DNA of 64,000 nt. Source: Parcubacteria group bacterium. Its GTDB lineage: Bacteria > Patescibacteriota > Minisyncoccia > Moranbacterales > UBA11712. The notes under the pieces are model-generated. The model saw only the letters and a list, made by a program, of their open reading frames with translations, made no database searches and had not been told where the DNA came from. This document shows, piece by piece, positions 17,485 through 26,283 of this stretch. The position numbers and the translations under genes are program-made. Position 1 is the first letter of the stretch. The number at the start of each line of letters is the position of its first letter. The stretch spans positions 2,040 to 66,039 of the forward strand of contig JBAZXV010000003.1 in NCBI GenBank assembly GCA_041659685.1. Direction: 5' to 3'.

Positions 17485-18333
17485 ATGGGAAAAAACAAAA
17501 AACAAATCGCCATTTTTGAAGGCAAAAAAATCCGCCGCCATTGGGACGGGAAAAAAGAAAAATGGTATTTTTCGGTCGTGGATATCGTTGCCGTGTTGAC
17601 AGACAGCGAAAATCCGCAGGTTTACTGGCGTGTGCTGAAAAAACGCCTGCTTGACGAGGGTTCAACTGAAACCGTTACAAAATGTAACGGTTTGAAAATG
17701 CGAGCTTCCGACGGAAAAATGAGAATAACCGATGTCGCAGACGTCGAAACACTGCTGCGGCTCGTTCAATCTGTACCGAGTCCAAAAGCCGAACCGATCA
17801 AACTCTGGCTCGCGCGGGTCGGCTATGAAAGAATGCAAGAAACGATTGATCCGGAAAAATCCATAAACAGGGCTAGGATGAACTGGCAAAGGCTCGGCCG
17901 GAGCCAAAAGTGGATCCAGCAGAGAATGATGGGCCAGGAAACCCGAAACAAGCTCACCGATTATTGGAAAGATCACGAAATCAGCCAACAAGAGGAATAT
18001 GCGATTCTGACGAATATTATTCACGAAGAATGGAGCGACCTGTCGGTGCAAGGGCACAAAAAACTGAAAGGGATCAAGGCTGAAAACCTGCGCGACCATA
18101 TGACGGAAGCAGAACTAATTTTCACGGCGCTGGCCGAACTTTCAACCCGCCAAATCGCCGAAACGGATCAGGCAACCGGATTCGAGGAAAACAAATCTCC
18201 GGCGAGAAGCGGCGGACGGATCGCCAAGCGCGCCCGGCTGGATCTGGAAAGAAAAACCGGAAAAAAGATTGTGACCAAAGAAAATTTCAAATTGCCAGGC
18301 GGAAAAACCAAACAAATTCGCAACAGGAAATAA
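17485..18333 (+). CDS. DNA-damage-inducible protein D-like / Bro-N domain protein
   Basis: N-terminal Bro-N-like region (IRRHWDGKKEKWYFSVVDIVAVLT). The C-terminal region aligns by eye with DinD. Confidence 0.65.
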   Translation: MGKNKKQIAIFEGKKIRRHWDGKKEKWYFSVVDIVAVLTDSENPQVYWRVLKKRLLDEGSTETVTKCNGLKMRASDGKMRITDVADVETLLRLVQSVPSPKAEPIKLWLARVGYERMQETIDPEKSINRARMNWQRLGRSQKWIQQRMMGQETRNKLTDYWKDHEISQQEEYAILTNIIHEEWSDLSVQGHKKLKGIKAENLRDHMTEAELIFTALAELSTRQIAETDQATGFEENKSPARSGGRIAKRARLDLERKTGKKIVTKENFKLPGGKTKQIRNRK

Positions 18334-18359
18334 AATAGAAGCTTCTATAGAGGCCTCTG
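18333..18359 (+). repeat. double-palindrome repeat
   Basis: AAATAGAAGCTTCTATAGAGGCCTCTGAAG. It overlaps the TAA stop of the upstream gene. Confidence 0.8.
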
Positions 18360-18395
18360 AAGAAATAAAATATAAAAAATAAAATGTAAAAAGTT

Positions 18396-18575
18396 ATGAC
18401 TGAGAAAAAAGGCGTCCACAAGCTTAAGAAATCGAGCGCGTATAGTTTCTCCGTGACCATCCCCAAAGAAATCGTCGAAAAATACGGCTGGAAAGAGAAG
18501 CAAAAGCTGGCAGTCATCGACAAAGGCCGCGGCGTCGTCGAGATCCGCGACTGGCGGAAGAGGCAATTCAAATAG
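18396..18575 (+). CDS. small AbrB/MazE/SpoVT-like protein, second copy
   Basis: 59 aa, about 70% identical to the 13592..13762 product. Confidence 0.6.
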   Translation: MTEKKGVHKLKKSSAYSFSVTIPKEIVEKYGWKEKQKLAVIDKGRGVVEIRDWRKRQFK

Positions 18576-18604
18576 CAAGGGCAAAATAAATCGTTTTTTA
18601 AATC

Positions 18605-19876
18605 ATGAAAGAGAAATTGAATAAACTCTACCGCGAGACTTTTTCTTCACTGGCAAATCGTAATTTCCGTTTGTATTTCATCGGACAAAGCATTTCAATG
18701 ACTGGCTATTTCATGCAAGGAATTGCTCTTGCCTGGCTTGTCCTCAAAATCACAAACTCGGGCACCGCTCTGGGATTCGCCGTATCTTTGCAATATGCGC
18801 CCATGCTCGTGCTGGGGCCTTGGGGTGGAATGATCGCGGATCGTTTTTCCAAGCGCGTCCTTCTTATTATAACCAAAGCGGTCTTCGGCATTCTGGCTTT
18901 TTTGCTGGGCATCCTTGTCCTCACGGGGACGATCCAAATTTGGATGATTTATCTTTTGAGTCTGGCCGTTGGAATTGTGGGTCTGATTGATAGCCCCGCC
19001 TATTATGCTTTCGTTTCCGAACTGGTCGAGGGACATGAAGTTAAGAATGCCGTCACGCTCAACGCTAGCATGATAAATTTGACCAGAGTTGCCGGACCGG
19101 CATTGGCCGGCATTCTGATCGCCACAGTCGGAATCGCTCCCTGCTTCCTTCTCAACGGCGCTTCTTATATTGTCATCATTGTTGCCCTTCTTCGCATTAA
19201 AAAGGATGAGCTTCAAAAAATTTCACCGCTCGTCAAATCAAAAGGAATGGTTTGGGAAGGTTTTCGCCATGTGATGTCAAAACCTGTCCTTGCCAGTACA
19301 GTTGTCATGATTGCGATAATCGGCACACTTACCTATGAATTTCCAGTGAGCTTGGCGCTGTTTGCCAAGACTACATTTCATGGCAGTGCTGGCGGCTACG
19401 CTGCCTTGACTGGAGCTCTCGGGCTGGGATCTGTTCTCGGGGGACTTTTTCACGCCAGACGAAAAATTAAAAGTTCAAGCACGCTGGCAATGGCCGCACT
19501 CATATTCGGTTGCTCTGTCATTTTTGCGTCTTTTATGCCAACTTTAGTTTTAGCGGCGGGTGTTATGACACTGGTCGGAGCGTGTTCCATTTGGTTTGCC
19601 ACCCTCGCCAACACGACTTTGCAGCTCAATAGCGATCCGCAGCTCCGTGGAAGGGTCATGGTGCTTTGGTCAATGTCTTATCTCGGCTCCACGGCTATCG
19701 GCGGTCCGCTGATCGGCTGGATCGGCGAACACACTGGTCCGCGGTGGAGTTTGGCCGTCGGAGGATTGGCAGCGATTGTCGCCGCGGCCTTGGGATTTAT
19801 TATTATACGCAATCAGAAACGCCTGCCTGCAGTAACCGAAGCAGAAACCACATCCAATCTCTATAAAACAAAATAG
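18605..19876 (+). CDS. MFS transporter (EntS/YbdA-like, 12 TM)
   Basis: Typical MFS N-terminal pattern and multiple TM segments. The TAG stop lies inside a double-palindrome repeat. Confidence 0.88.
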   Translation: MKEKLNKLYRETFSSLANRNFRLYFIGQSISMTGYFMQGIALAWLVLKITNSGTALGFAVSLQYAPMLVLGPWGGMIADRFSKRVLLIITKAVFGILAFLLGILVLTGTIQIWMIYLLSLAVGIVGLIDSPAYYAFVSELVEGHEVKNAVTLNASMINLTRVAGPALAGILIATVGIAPCFLLNGASYIVIIVALLRIKKDELQKISPLVKSKGMVWEGFRHVMSKPVLASTVVMIAIIGTLTYEFPVSLALFAKTTFHGSAGGYAALTGALGLGSVLGGLFHARRKIKSSSTLAMAALIFGCSVIFASFMPTLVLAAGVMTLVGACSIWFATLANTTLQLNSDPQLRGRVMVLWSMSYLGSTAIGGPLIGWIGEHTGPRWSLAVGGLAAIVAAALGFIIIRNQKRLPAVTEAETTSNLYKTK

Positions 19877-19898
19877 AAGTTTCTATGGAGGCCTCCGG
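19871..19898 (+). repeat. double-palindrome repeat (AAATAGAAGTTTCTATGGAGGCCTCC)
   Basis: Family member. It supplies the stop codon of the MFS gene. Confidence 0.75.
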
Positions 19899-19933
19899 CC
19901 GATTCCAAAAGAGAGATTACTCAAATTAAAATA

Positions 19934-20623
19934 ATGCGAGAAATATTCAAAGGGATTGTAAAGAATTTTAAAAGAACCGGCGTGCTACAAGAGGATGTCG
20001 CAATATTTTTAAGAATGCATGATTGTGAAGACACCATAAAACATGTTAATACTGTTGCTGAGGAAGCAAAAATATTGGCATCCCGTTTTTTTGAAAGCCA
20101 GGAAGACGCCTTTTCTGCGGGACTGCTTCATGATGTCAGCGTTTTGTTTCCCGAAGAGGATCGATTGAAGATTGCGAATGAACTCAAAATCGATGTTTTG
20201 CCGGAGGAAAAAATTTATCCGGCCATTCTCCACCAAAAAATTTCTCAAGTTATGGCTCGAGAAATTTTTGGAATTACGGATGAAAATGTTTTGAACGCAA
20301 TCGGTTGTCACACCACTCTCAAGGAAAATGCATCGGTTTTGGATAAAATTGTTTTTATATCCGATAAAATAAGGTGGGACCAGAAATATGATGCGCCTTT
20401 CAAGAGCGATGTTTCAAAAGCTTTGGATATTTCATTGGATGAATCCTGTTTTTGTTATTTGAATTATCTGTGGAACAGAAAAGAAAGTCTTGCGGTTGTG
20501 CATCCATGGATGGCAGCTGCCTACAGACAGCTGGGTAATGATTTAAAAAAATTCGGATTTAGTTTGATATATAATGATGATGGCAAAATAGAAGCTTCTA
20601 TGGAGGCCTCTAATAAAAATTAA
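19934..20623 (+). CDS. HD-domain protein, YqeK-like (bis(5'-nucleosyl)-tetraphosphatase family)
   Basis: H..V...A..LA.RF ... LLHDV ... YHT ... ISDKI pattern is typical of YqeK HD hydrolases. The 3' end reads through a double-palindrome repeat at 20586-20612. Confidence 0.72.
   Translation: MREIFKGIVKNFKRTGVLQEDVAIFLRMHDCEDTIKHVNTVAEEAKILASRFFESQEDAFSAGLLHDVSVLFPEEDRLKIANELKIDVLPEEKIYPAILHQKISQVMAREIFGITDENVLNAIGCHTTLKENASVLDKIVFISDKIRWDQKYDAPFKSDVSKALDISLDESCFCYLNYLWNRKESLAVVHPWMAAAYRQLGNDLKKFGFSLIYNDDGKIEASMEASNKN
20586..20612 (+). repeat. double-palindrome repeat inside the 3' end of the HD gene
   Basis: AATAGAAGCTTCTATGGAGGCCTCTAATAA. Confidence 0.75.
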
Positions 20624-20745
20624 CTCCTGTTGAATAATGCGAGCCGCGATTCAACGGGGAAAGTAAAAAATATGCCTGAGAAAAAATCCACTCATAAGCT
20701 CAAAAAATCGTTCTCGAAGAAGGCGTTTAATGGGGAGATATAGAA
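20620..20745 (+). pseudogene. truncated AbrB-like gene copy with upstream IR (MPEKKSTHKLKKSFSKKAFNGEI*)
   Basis: The 5' part matches 13543-13650 (IR + start) and is then interrupted by a stop. Confidence 0.55.
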
Positions 20746-20825
20746 TTAATTGGGTAGATTACTATATTATTGAGTAGATTTGATGGGTATTTGTGTAGAT
20801 TTTGATAATATGATACCATAGGAGC

Positions 20826-21545
20826 ATGGAAGAAAAATTACTTACAATTGGTCAAGCTGCGGAATATTTGGGGGTTTCTTTGAATACACTTCGCCGTTGG
20901 GATGAAAGCGGTAAATTGGTTGCGATCAAAAAAGAGGGCGGGACTCATCGTTATTACCGTGAAGATGATTTGGAAATATTTTCCAGTGATTTAACGAGGT
21001 TTGCTACGGAATGGATCCGAAATGGAGTTGAATTTCCAGGCACATTTTATTGCCAGACAAGTTCAATTTTTAACGCGAAATTGACGAAAATGCAAAGCGC
21101 GCTGATGCAAAAGCCAGGGTTTGAAGAGCTATATTCCTTGATTGTTTTAATTGCCGGAGAAATTGGCGATAATTCATTTGCTCACAATTTAGGGAAGTGG
21201 CCGGATACCGCGGGAATCTTTTTTGGTTATGATCTTGAAAAACGAATAATTGTTCTTGCTGACAGAGGATTGGGTATCTTGGAAACACTGCGACAAGTTC
21301 GACCGAAACTTCCAAATCATGTGGAAGCGGTAAAAGTAGCATTTACGGAATTTGTTTCCGGGCGTGCGCCGGAAAAGCGAGGCAACGGCCTTAAGCTTGT
21401 TCGCGAGGTTGTCACCGATCAGCCAATTGATTTATTTTTTATCAGCGGTGACGCCGAAGTGCGCATGAAAGGGCAAAATAAAGTATTTCGTGTTACGCGC
21501 GGCCAGCATATTGTGAGAGGATGTCTGGCTAAAATAGAATTCTAA
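20826..21545 (+). CDS. MerR-family HTH fused to a GHKL (HATPase_c, RsbW-like) ATPase/kinase domain
   Basis: N-terminal TIGQAAEYLGVSLNTLRRWDESGKL matches the MerR HTH. The C-terminal region has an N-box-like EIGDN..AHN and a G-box-like GRAPEKRGNGLKLV. Confidence 0.65.
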   Translation: MEEKLLTIGQAAEYLGVSLNTLRRWDESGKLVAIKKEGGTHRYYREDDLEIFSSDLTRFATEWIRNGVEFPGTFYCQTSSIFNAKLTKMQSALMQKPGFEELYSLIVLIAGEIGDNSFAHNLGKWPDTAGIFFGYDLEKRIIVLADRGLGILETLRQVRPKLPNHVEAVKVAFTEFVSGRAPEKRGNGLKLVREVVTDQPIDLFFISGDAEVRMKGQNKVFRVTRGQHIVRGCLAKIEF

Positions 21546-21567
21546 TACATCTTAAAAAGCAAAATAT

Positions 21568-21867
21568 ATGAAATTACAAATCGAAAAATTCGGCAAGACA
21601 TTAATTTCGCGGGAATTAGGCCGAGAGGCATTTAAGGCCTTTCAGCCAACCTTGCGCGACCTTCCTAAAAATGAAGATCTGGAGATAGATTTTTCCGGAG
21701 TATTGACATTGTCGCCATCATGGGCTGATGAATTTTTAAGCCCATTATTTGATCAACTGGATGACAAGTTAATAATCTTGCCAAGCGATAATCTTTCGGT
21801 GCGTGCGACGCTTAAAATTCTCGAAGAGGTCAATAAGCGGCCGTTCAAGATCAGGCCGCAATCCTGA
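21568..21867 (+). CDS. STAS-like (DUF4325-type) small protein, putative partner of the upstream GHKL protein
   Basis: 99 aa. The pattern is consistent with STAS/anti-sigma antagonist-like proteins. It lies 22 nt downstream of the previous gene. Confidence 0.55.
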   Translation: MKLQIEKFGKTLISRELGREAFKAFQPTLRDLPKNEDLEIDFSGVLTLSPSWADEFLSPLFDQLDDKLIILPSDNLSVRATLKILEEVNKRPFKIRPQS

Positions 21868-21929
21868 TTTAGTTTGAGTGATGTTCAAGCAGTGTAATAT
21901 TTATAAACTCATTCACCCTAAAAAGGAAG

Positions 21930-21982
21930 AGTCGAACAAAGGCCGCGGCGTGGTGGAAATCCGCGATTGGCGGAAGAAGTGA
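21930..21982 (+). pseudogene. 3' remnant of the AbrB-like gene (..KGRGVVEIRDWRKK*)
   Basis: Matches 18520-18575 with no start codon. Confidence 0.55.
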
Positions 21983-22133
21983 TCTGTGATTCAATACCCC
22001 GTCAGCATCAGTGGACTGACATTTTCTCTAAACAGGGTATTGAACCTTTAAGGAATAAGAAGATCAAAACAAATGATGATTGTGAAAAAACTATAACTAT
22101 CATAGGATTAAAGCAATATTAAGAGGATAGTAC

Positions 22134-22319
22134 ATGCGAGCAATTGAAGAATTCAAAAAGGAAATGGTTGAAGCCACGAAAAATTCAAAAGATGGCAAAA
22201 TATATCTTTTTGATGCCAAGGAAAGAGCGGCCAAAATTGAAGAGCTGAGAGCTGCGGGCAAGGAGCTTGTCGGAATCTTCATTGAGACTAAGGAGGACGA
22301 ACAATATTCAAAGTACTAG
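22134..22319 (+). CDS. small hypothetical protein
   Basis: 61-aa ORF with a lysine/glutamate-rich helical composition. Weak support. Confidence 0.35.
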   Translation: MRAIEEFKKEMVEATKNSKDGKIYLFDAKERAAKIEELRAAGKELVGIFIETKEDEQYSKY

Positions 22320-22475
22320 ATGAATTATACAGAATGGCGTCGAAATATCTTCAGAAATACATAGTGCGCGAGTTAAAAGAACTTAAGGATCACGGACACA
22401 CCTGGAAAGATTTTCGGATGGTCGATCCGTTCGGTTTTTATCTGAGATTCACAGAACTCATCGACTGGGGACAAA

Positions 22476-22503
22476 AATAGAAGCTTCCATGGAGGCCTCT
22501 AAA
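22476..22503 (+). repeat. double-palindrome repeat followed by a terminator-like hairpin
   Basis: AAAATAGAAGCTTCCATGGAGGCCTCTAAATT, then CCAGCTCGAGCCGGCTGG+T6 at 22505-22535. Confidence 0.75.
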
Positions 22504-22622
22504 TTCCAATCCCCCACCAGCTCGAGCCGGCTGGTTTTTTGATTTTCTGAAAATGCCACGCGGCTGGCTTTTTTATTGGAAAAAAATAGGTTATAATTAA
22601 ACAAAGCAAACAATTGTTTTTT

Positions 22623-25600
22623 ATGGCGTCAAGAATTGTGAAATTTTTTGGTGTTCGAAATAAGATATTCCGAATATCGGTTTTTTTGTTTGCCTTTTTT
22701 CTTTTCTATTTCATTTCACCCGGCTCGGCCTTTGCAAGCTATGCCGGAGAATATTGGAACCTGCCCTCTCCCGCCGCATCCCCCTCTTTTCCCGGCGGAT
22801 CGCCGAATTACACGAGAACTGATTCGGATATCAATTTCAACTGGGGAGAATCTTCGCCAGCGCCCGGAACGATAAACATAGACGGCTTTGTGGCCCGCTG
22901 GACGGAGACGAAAAACTTTGACGCCGGAACATACTATTTCAGCGCCACATCCGACGACGGCGTCAGGGTATATGTCGACAGCACTTTGATTTTGAATTCC
23001 TGGATAGACCAGGCGCCAAAATTCTATAGCGCTTCTTCCAATATTTCCGCCGGAAGCCATACAATTAAAGTAGAATATTACGAAAACGGCGGCGGAGCCG
23101 TTTGCCAGTTTTCCTATTATAAACGAAACCCCAGCGTCTCCACTTTTTCTCCGTCCGACAACGCCACCGGCATCAGTCCGACCGGAAATTTGGTCCTGAA
23201 TTTTGACCAGACGGTATACACCAGCGCCAGCGGCAGCAATGATTTCGTCATCAAAAAGGCTTCGGACGATTCCACTATTGAAACTATTGACGCGAAAGAC
23301 GCCAAAGTCAGCGGCCACGGAACCTCCACCATCACTATCAATCCGGCGGCCACGTTCGAGGAACAAACCGCCTACTATGTCCAAATCGGTTCCGATGCCG
23401 TCTATAACGGTTCCGGCTATTATTACGGCGGCATAAGCGACTCGGCAACCTGGAATTTCACCACAGGCGACTTCACTAACCCCGCTGTTTCAACCTATTC
23501 CCCGGCGGATGACGCCGCGGACATCGACACGACGGCTATTTTGGTATTGACGTTCACCGAGCCAGTGACTGCTAAAGCCGGCGCCGACAACGATATCGTC
23601 ATCAAGAAAATTTCCAACAATTTTTCCGTGGAAACGATTGATGCGCTTGATGCCAAGGTGACCGGTTCAGGCACAACCGCCATTGCCATTAATCCCGAAG
23701 TAATTTTAGACGAACAAACTGCCTATTATGTTCAAATCGGCGCGGACGCCTTCGACGACACGGCTGGAAATTCATACGCCGGAATCTCCAGCACAACCGC
23801 CTGGAATTTCACAACTGAAGATGTCACTGCCCCTTCGGGCGGCTTAATCACATACACCGACGGCTATAACACGACCGGATCGGTATCGCTCACGTCAAAC
23901 GACGGCGCGGAAAACGGCTCAGGCATTAATTCTTCTTCCAGAATTGTCCAGCGAAAATCGGCGACGCTCTCGGACGGAACTTGCGGAAGTTTCGGCATTT
24001 TTTCGACCATCAGCTCAACAGGTGCATACCCGAATCTCACCGACGCAACTGCGACTTCCGGAAACTGCTATAAATATCAATATTTGGTTTCCGATATGGC
24101 CGGCAATCAGGCGGCCTATACTTCGAGTAATATCGCGAAAGTGGATACGGACGGCCCGATTACCGATGCCGGATCCGACGAGACAAAAAATGCCCAATTT
24201 TCGAAAAATGGTGCCGCTTCCGACAATGTTTCCGGCATAGCCGGCTACCTTTGGGAAAAGCAATCCGGCCCCGGCATAATCACCTTCGGCACAGCAACCG
24301 ACGAAGACACGACCGTTTCGACTGATACGGACGGAACTTATGTCATCCGCTTCACCACCAATGACAATGCCGGCAATTCCGCTTACGATGAATTTACTCT
24401 GACCTGGGATGCAAGCGCGCCCGGCACTCCCGCCGTTTCCCCTCCCTCCGGAACCTATACTTCGACTCAATCCGTCGAACTGACTTCCGCCGGCAGCAGT
24501 GAAATATATTACACGACCGACGGCGACACCCCCACTGCGAGTTCCGCCCTCTATTCCTCCGCCATTACAGTTGACCATTCCATGACCATCAAAGCCCTGG
24601 CAGTGGACGCGATTGGAAATGAAAGTCCAGTTCTGACGGCCCATTATACGGTAAATTTGGATTCCGACTCCCCGTCAATCTCCAGTGTCAGAGCCGATCC
24701 CTCGGCCAGCTCGGCCGAAGTAACCTGGAAAACCAACGAGGACTCTTCATCACAGGTGGAATACGGACTCGCATCGAGCTATGGAAATACTACTTCCGAA
24801 TTCGACACATCCCCGCGCGTCACAAGCCATTCCGTGTCTCTGAGCGGCCTTCAATCCTGCGCAAAATACTATTTCCGCGTGAAGTCCGAAGACGAATCTT
24901 CAAACAATGCCGTTTCCTCCCGGTCAACTTTCTATACTTCAGGCTGTGAAGCTTCTCAAATTTCGGACGGAGAAGGCGATTTCATCGACACTTCCGGCGG
25001 ATCAGTCTCGATCGCCACCGCCCAGGGAACTGCCGCGCTGATCGCTCCCGAAAACTTCTATTCCGAAACCGCCGCCATCCAGCTTAATATGCTTGAGATG
25101 GACAATTCTCCTTCGGCTCCTTCGGGAATGAATTTTGTGAATGATAATTTCTTCGAACTGCTGGCGGTCTCCTCAAACGGGGAAAAAATCGATAATTTCG
25201 ACCACACTGTCACTTTCACTGTAAACTACGGATCCGATACGGAAAATCAATATGTCGAAAGCACTTTGGACGTTTACAAATATTTCGGCGGAACATGGAC
25301 TAAAAAAGATTGCGCTCTTGATACCGGCGCCAACACCCTCACTTGCCTGTTAAACAGCTTTTCTTCATACGCCGTGTTGGGAGATGAAAATGTTGAAGAT
25401 GCTCCGATCGAAGATGTTTCGAATGAAAATACTCCGGTTGAGGATACTCCTGTCGAGAATATTTCAACCGAAGCTGTTCCGGATAAAGATGCGCAAAAGG
25501 CCCGTGTCGACTCCTGGAAGGCAAAACAATACACCACCGATGGTTCCTGCTCAAACAAGCTGAAGCTCACAATCAAGGGCCGGCATTTTAATAAAGGAGT

Positions 25601-26018
25601 CGAGGTGAGGATAGGCGGAACAAAAGCCGATGATGTTGACCGGGAAAACAGCCGAAAAATGACAGCTAAATTTTGCCTGGATGATCTATTCGGCGTTAAA
25701 ACCGATTATGCGCGAAAAATTCACGTCATCAATCCGAACGCCGATACCGCCAAAGCCAAGAAGAAGATTCATTTGGACAGGATCGGCCCCGATTTGAGAG
25801 CGTCGATCAATAACTTTGATCCCGAATCATCGAAGGGCGTAAAAAATATCCAACAAGCCCTGGTCAATCTCGGTTTTTTGAACAGCCAATGCGTGACGGG
25901 CACTTACGGCCCTCTCACAATCGAGGCAGTCAAAAAATTTCAGCAGAAGAACGGACTGCCGACGACCGGATATTCCGGCCCACTCACAAAGGCTAAATTC
26001 ATGAAAAAATTCAAATAA
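22623..26018 (+). CDS. giant secreted cell-surface protein: signal peptide, PA14, 3x Ig-like (SbsA/Big_5), CHB_HEX_C-like, FN3, C-terminal peptidoglycan-binding domain
   Basis: PA14-like block (DGFVARWTETKNF..GTYYFSATSDDGVRVYVD). Three tandem repeats of about 83 aa. The C-terminal PG_binding_1 motif is present (GTYGPLTIEAVKKFQQKNGLPTTG). Confidence 0.88.
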   Translation: MASRIVKFFGVRNKIFRISVFLFAFFLFYFISPGSAFASYAGEYWNLPSPAASPSFPGGSPNYTRTDSDINFNWGESSPAPGTINIDGFVARWTETKNFDAGTYYFSATSDDGVRVYVDSTLILNSWIDQAPKFYSASSNISAGSHTIKVEYYENGGGAVCQFSYYKRNPSVSTFSPSDNATGISPTGNLVLNFDQTVYTSASGSNDFVIKKASDDSTIETIDAKDAKVSGHGTSTITINPAATFEEQTAYYVQIGSDAVYNGSGYYYGGISDSATWNFTTGDFTNPAVSTYSPADDAADIDTTAILVLTFTEPVTAKAGADNDIVIKKISNNFSVETIDALDAKVTGSGTTAIAINPEVILDEQTAYYVQIGADAFDDTAGNSYAGISSTTAWNFTTEDVTAPSGGLITYTDGYNTTGSVSLTSNDGAENGSGINSSSRIVQRKSATLSDGTCGSFGIFSTISSTGAYPNLTDATATSGNCYKYQYLVSDMAGNQAAYTSSNIAKVDTDGPITDAGSDETKNAQFSKNGAASDNVSGIAGYLWEKQSGPGIITFGTATDEDTTVSTDTDGTYVIRFTTNDNAGNSAYDEFTLTWDASAPGTPAVSPPSGTYTSTQSVELTSAGSSEIYYTTDGDTPTASSALYSSAITVDHSMTIKALAVDAIGNESPVLTAHYTVNLDSDSPSISSVRADPSASSAEVTWKTNEDSSSQVEYGLASSYGNTTSEFDTSPRVTSHSVSLSGLQSCAKYYFRVKSEDESSNNAVSSRSTFYTSGCEASQISDGEGDFIDTSGGSVSIATAQGTAALIAPENFYSETAAIQLNMLEMDNSPSAPSGMNFVNDNFFELLAVSSNGEKIDNFDHTVTFTVNYGSDTENQYVESTLDVYKYFGGTWTKKDCALDTGANTLTCLLNSFSSYAVLGDENVEDAPIEDVSNENTPVEDTPVENISTEAVPDKDAQKARVDSWKAKQYTTDGSCSNKLKLTIKGRHFNKGVEVRIGGTKADDVDRENSRKMTAKFCLDDLFGVKTDYARKIHVINPNADTAKAKKKIHLDRIGPDLRASINNFDPESSKGVKNIQQALVNLGFLNSQCVTGTYGPLTIEAVKKFQQKNGLPTTGYSGPLTKAKFMKKFK

Positions 26019-26283
26019 AGTTCCCCGGGCTTTCTCTCGCGGTCTTCCGCGCAGGAGAATAAAATGGCTAAAAAATTATTTCCCGAAGCTGAATAACCGC
26101 AGATCCGTTTTCATTCGGGCGATATTCAGGCGGCGAAATATATCCTCCAGAAAAAAAACCAATACCTTTTATCGAGAAACCAAAAAAAATTAGAACCCTT
26201 GTTGCATCCGAAATACAAATTGACAACTTTTTTTAAAAAAGGTATTTTTAGATTAAAGTAACTCTTAAAACAAAAACAAAACC

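Noticed and set aside
1935-22503. Possible CRISPR array, suggested by the many near-identical short palindromic repeats
   Set aside because: Spacing between copies is irregular (about 0.9-3 kb) and they flank full-length genes. CRISPR arrays have regularly spaced repeats with short spacers. No cas-like genes are present.
22716-25576. Multiple + and - ORFs nested in the giant surface gene (22716..23384-, 24015..24644-, 23944..24240+ and others)
   Set aside because: They are alternative-frame artefacts of a GC- and Ser/Thr/Gly-rich repetitive gene. The long frame has coherent domain content (PA14, Ig-like, FN3, PG-binding).
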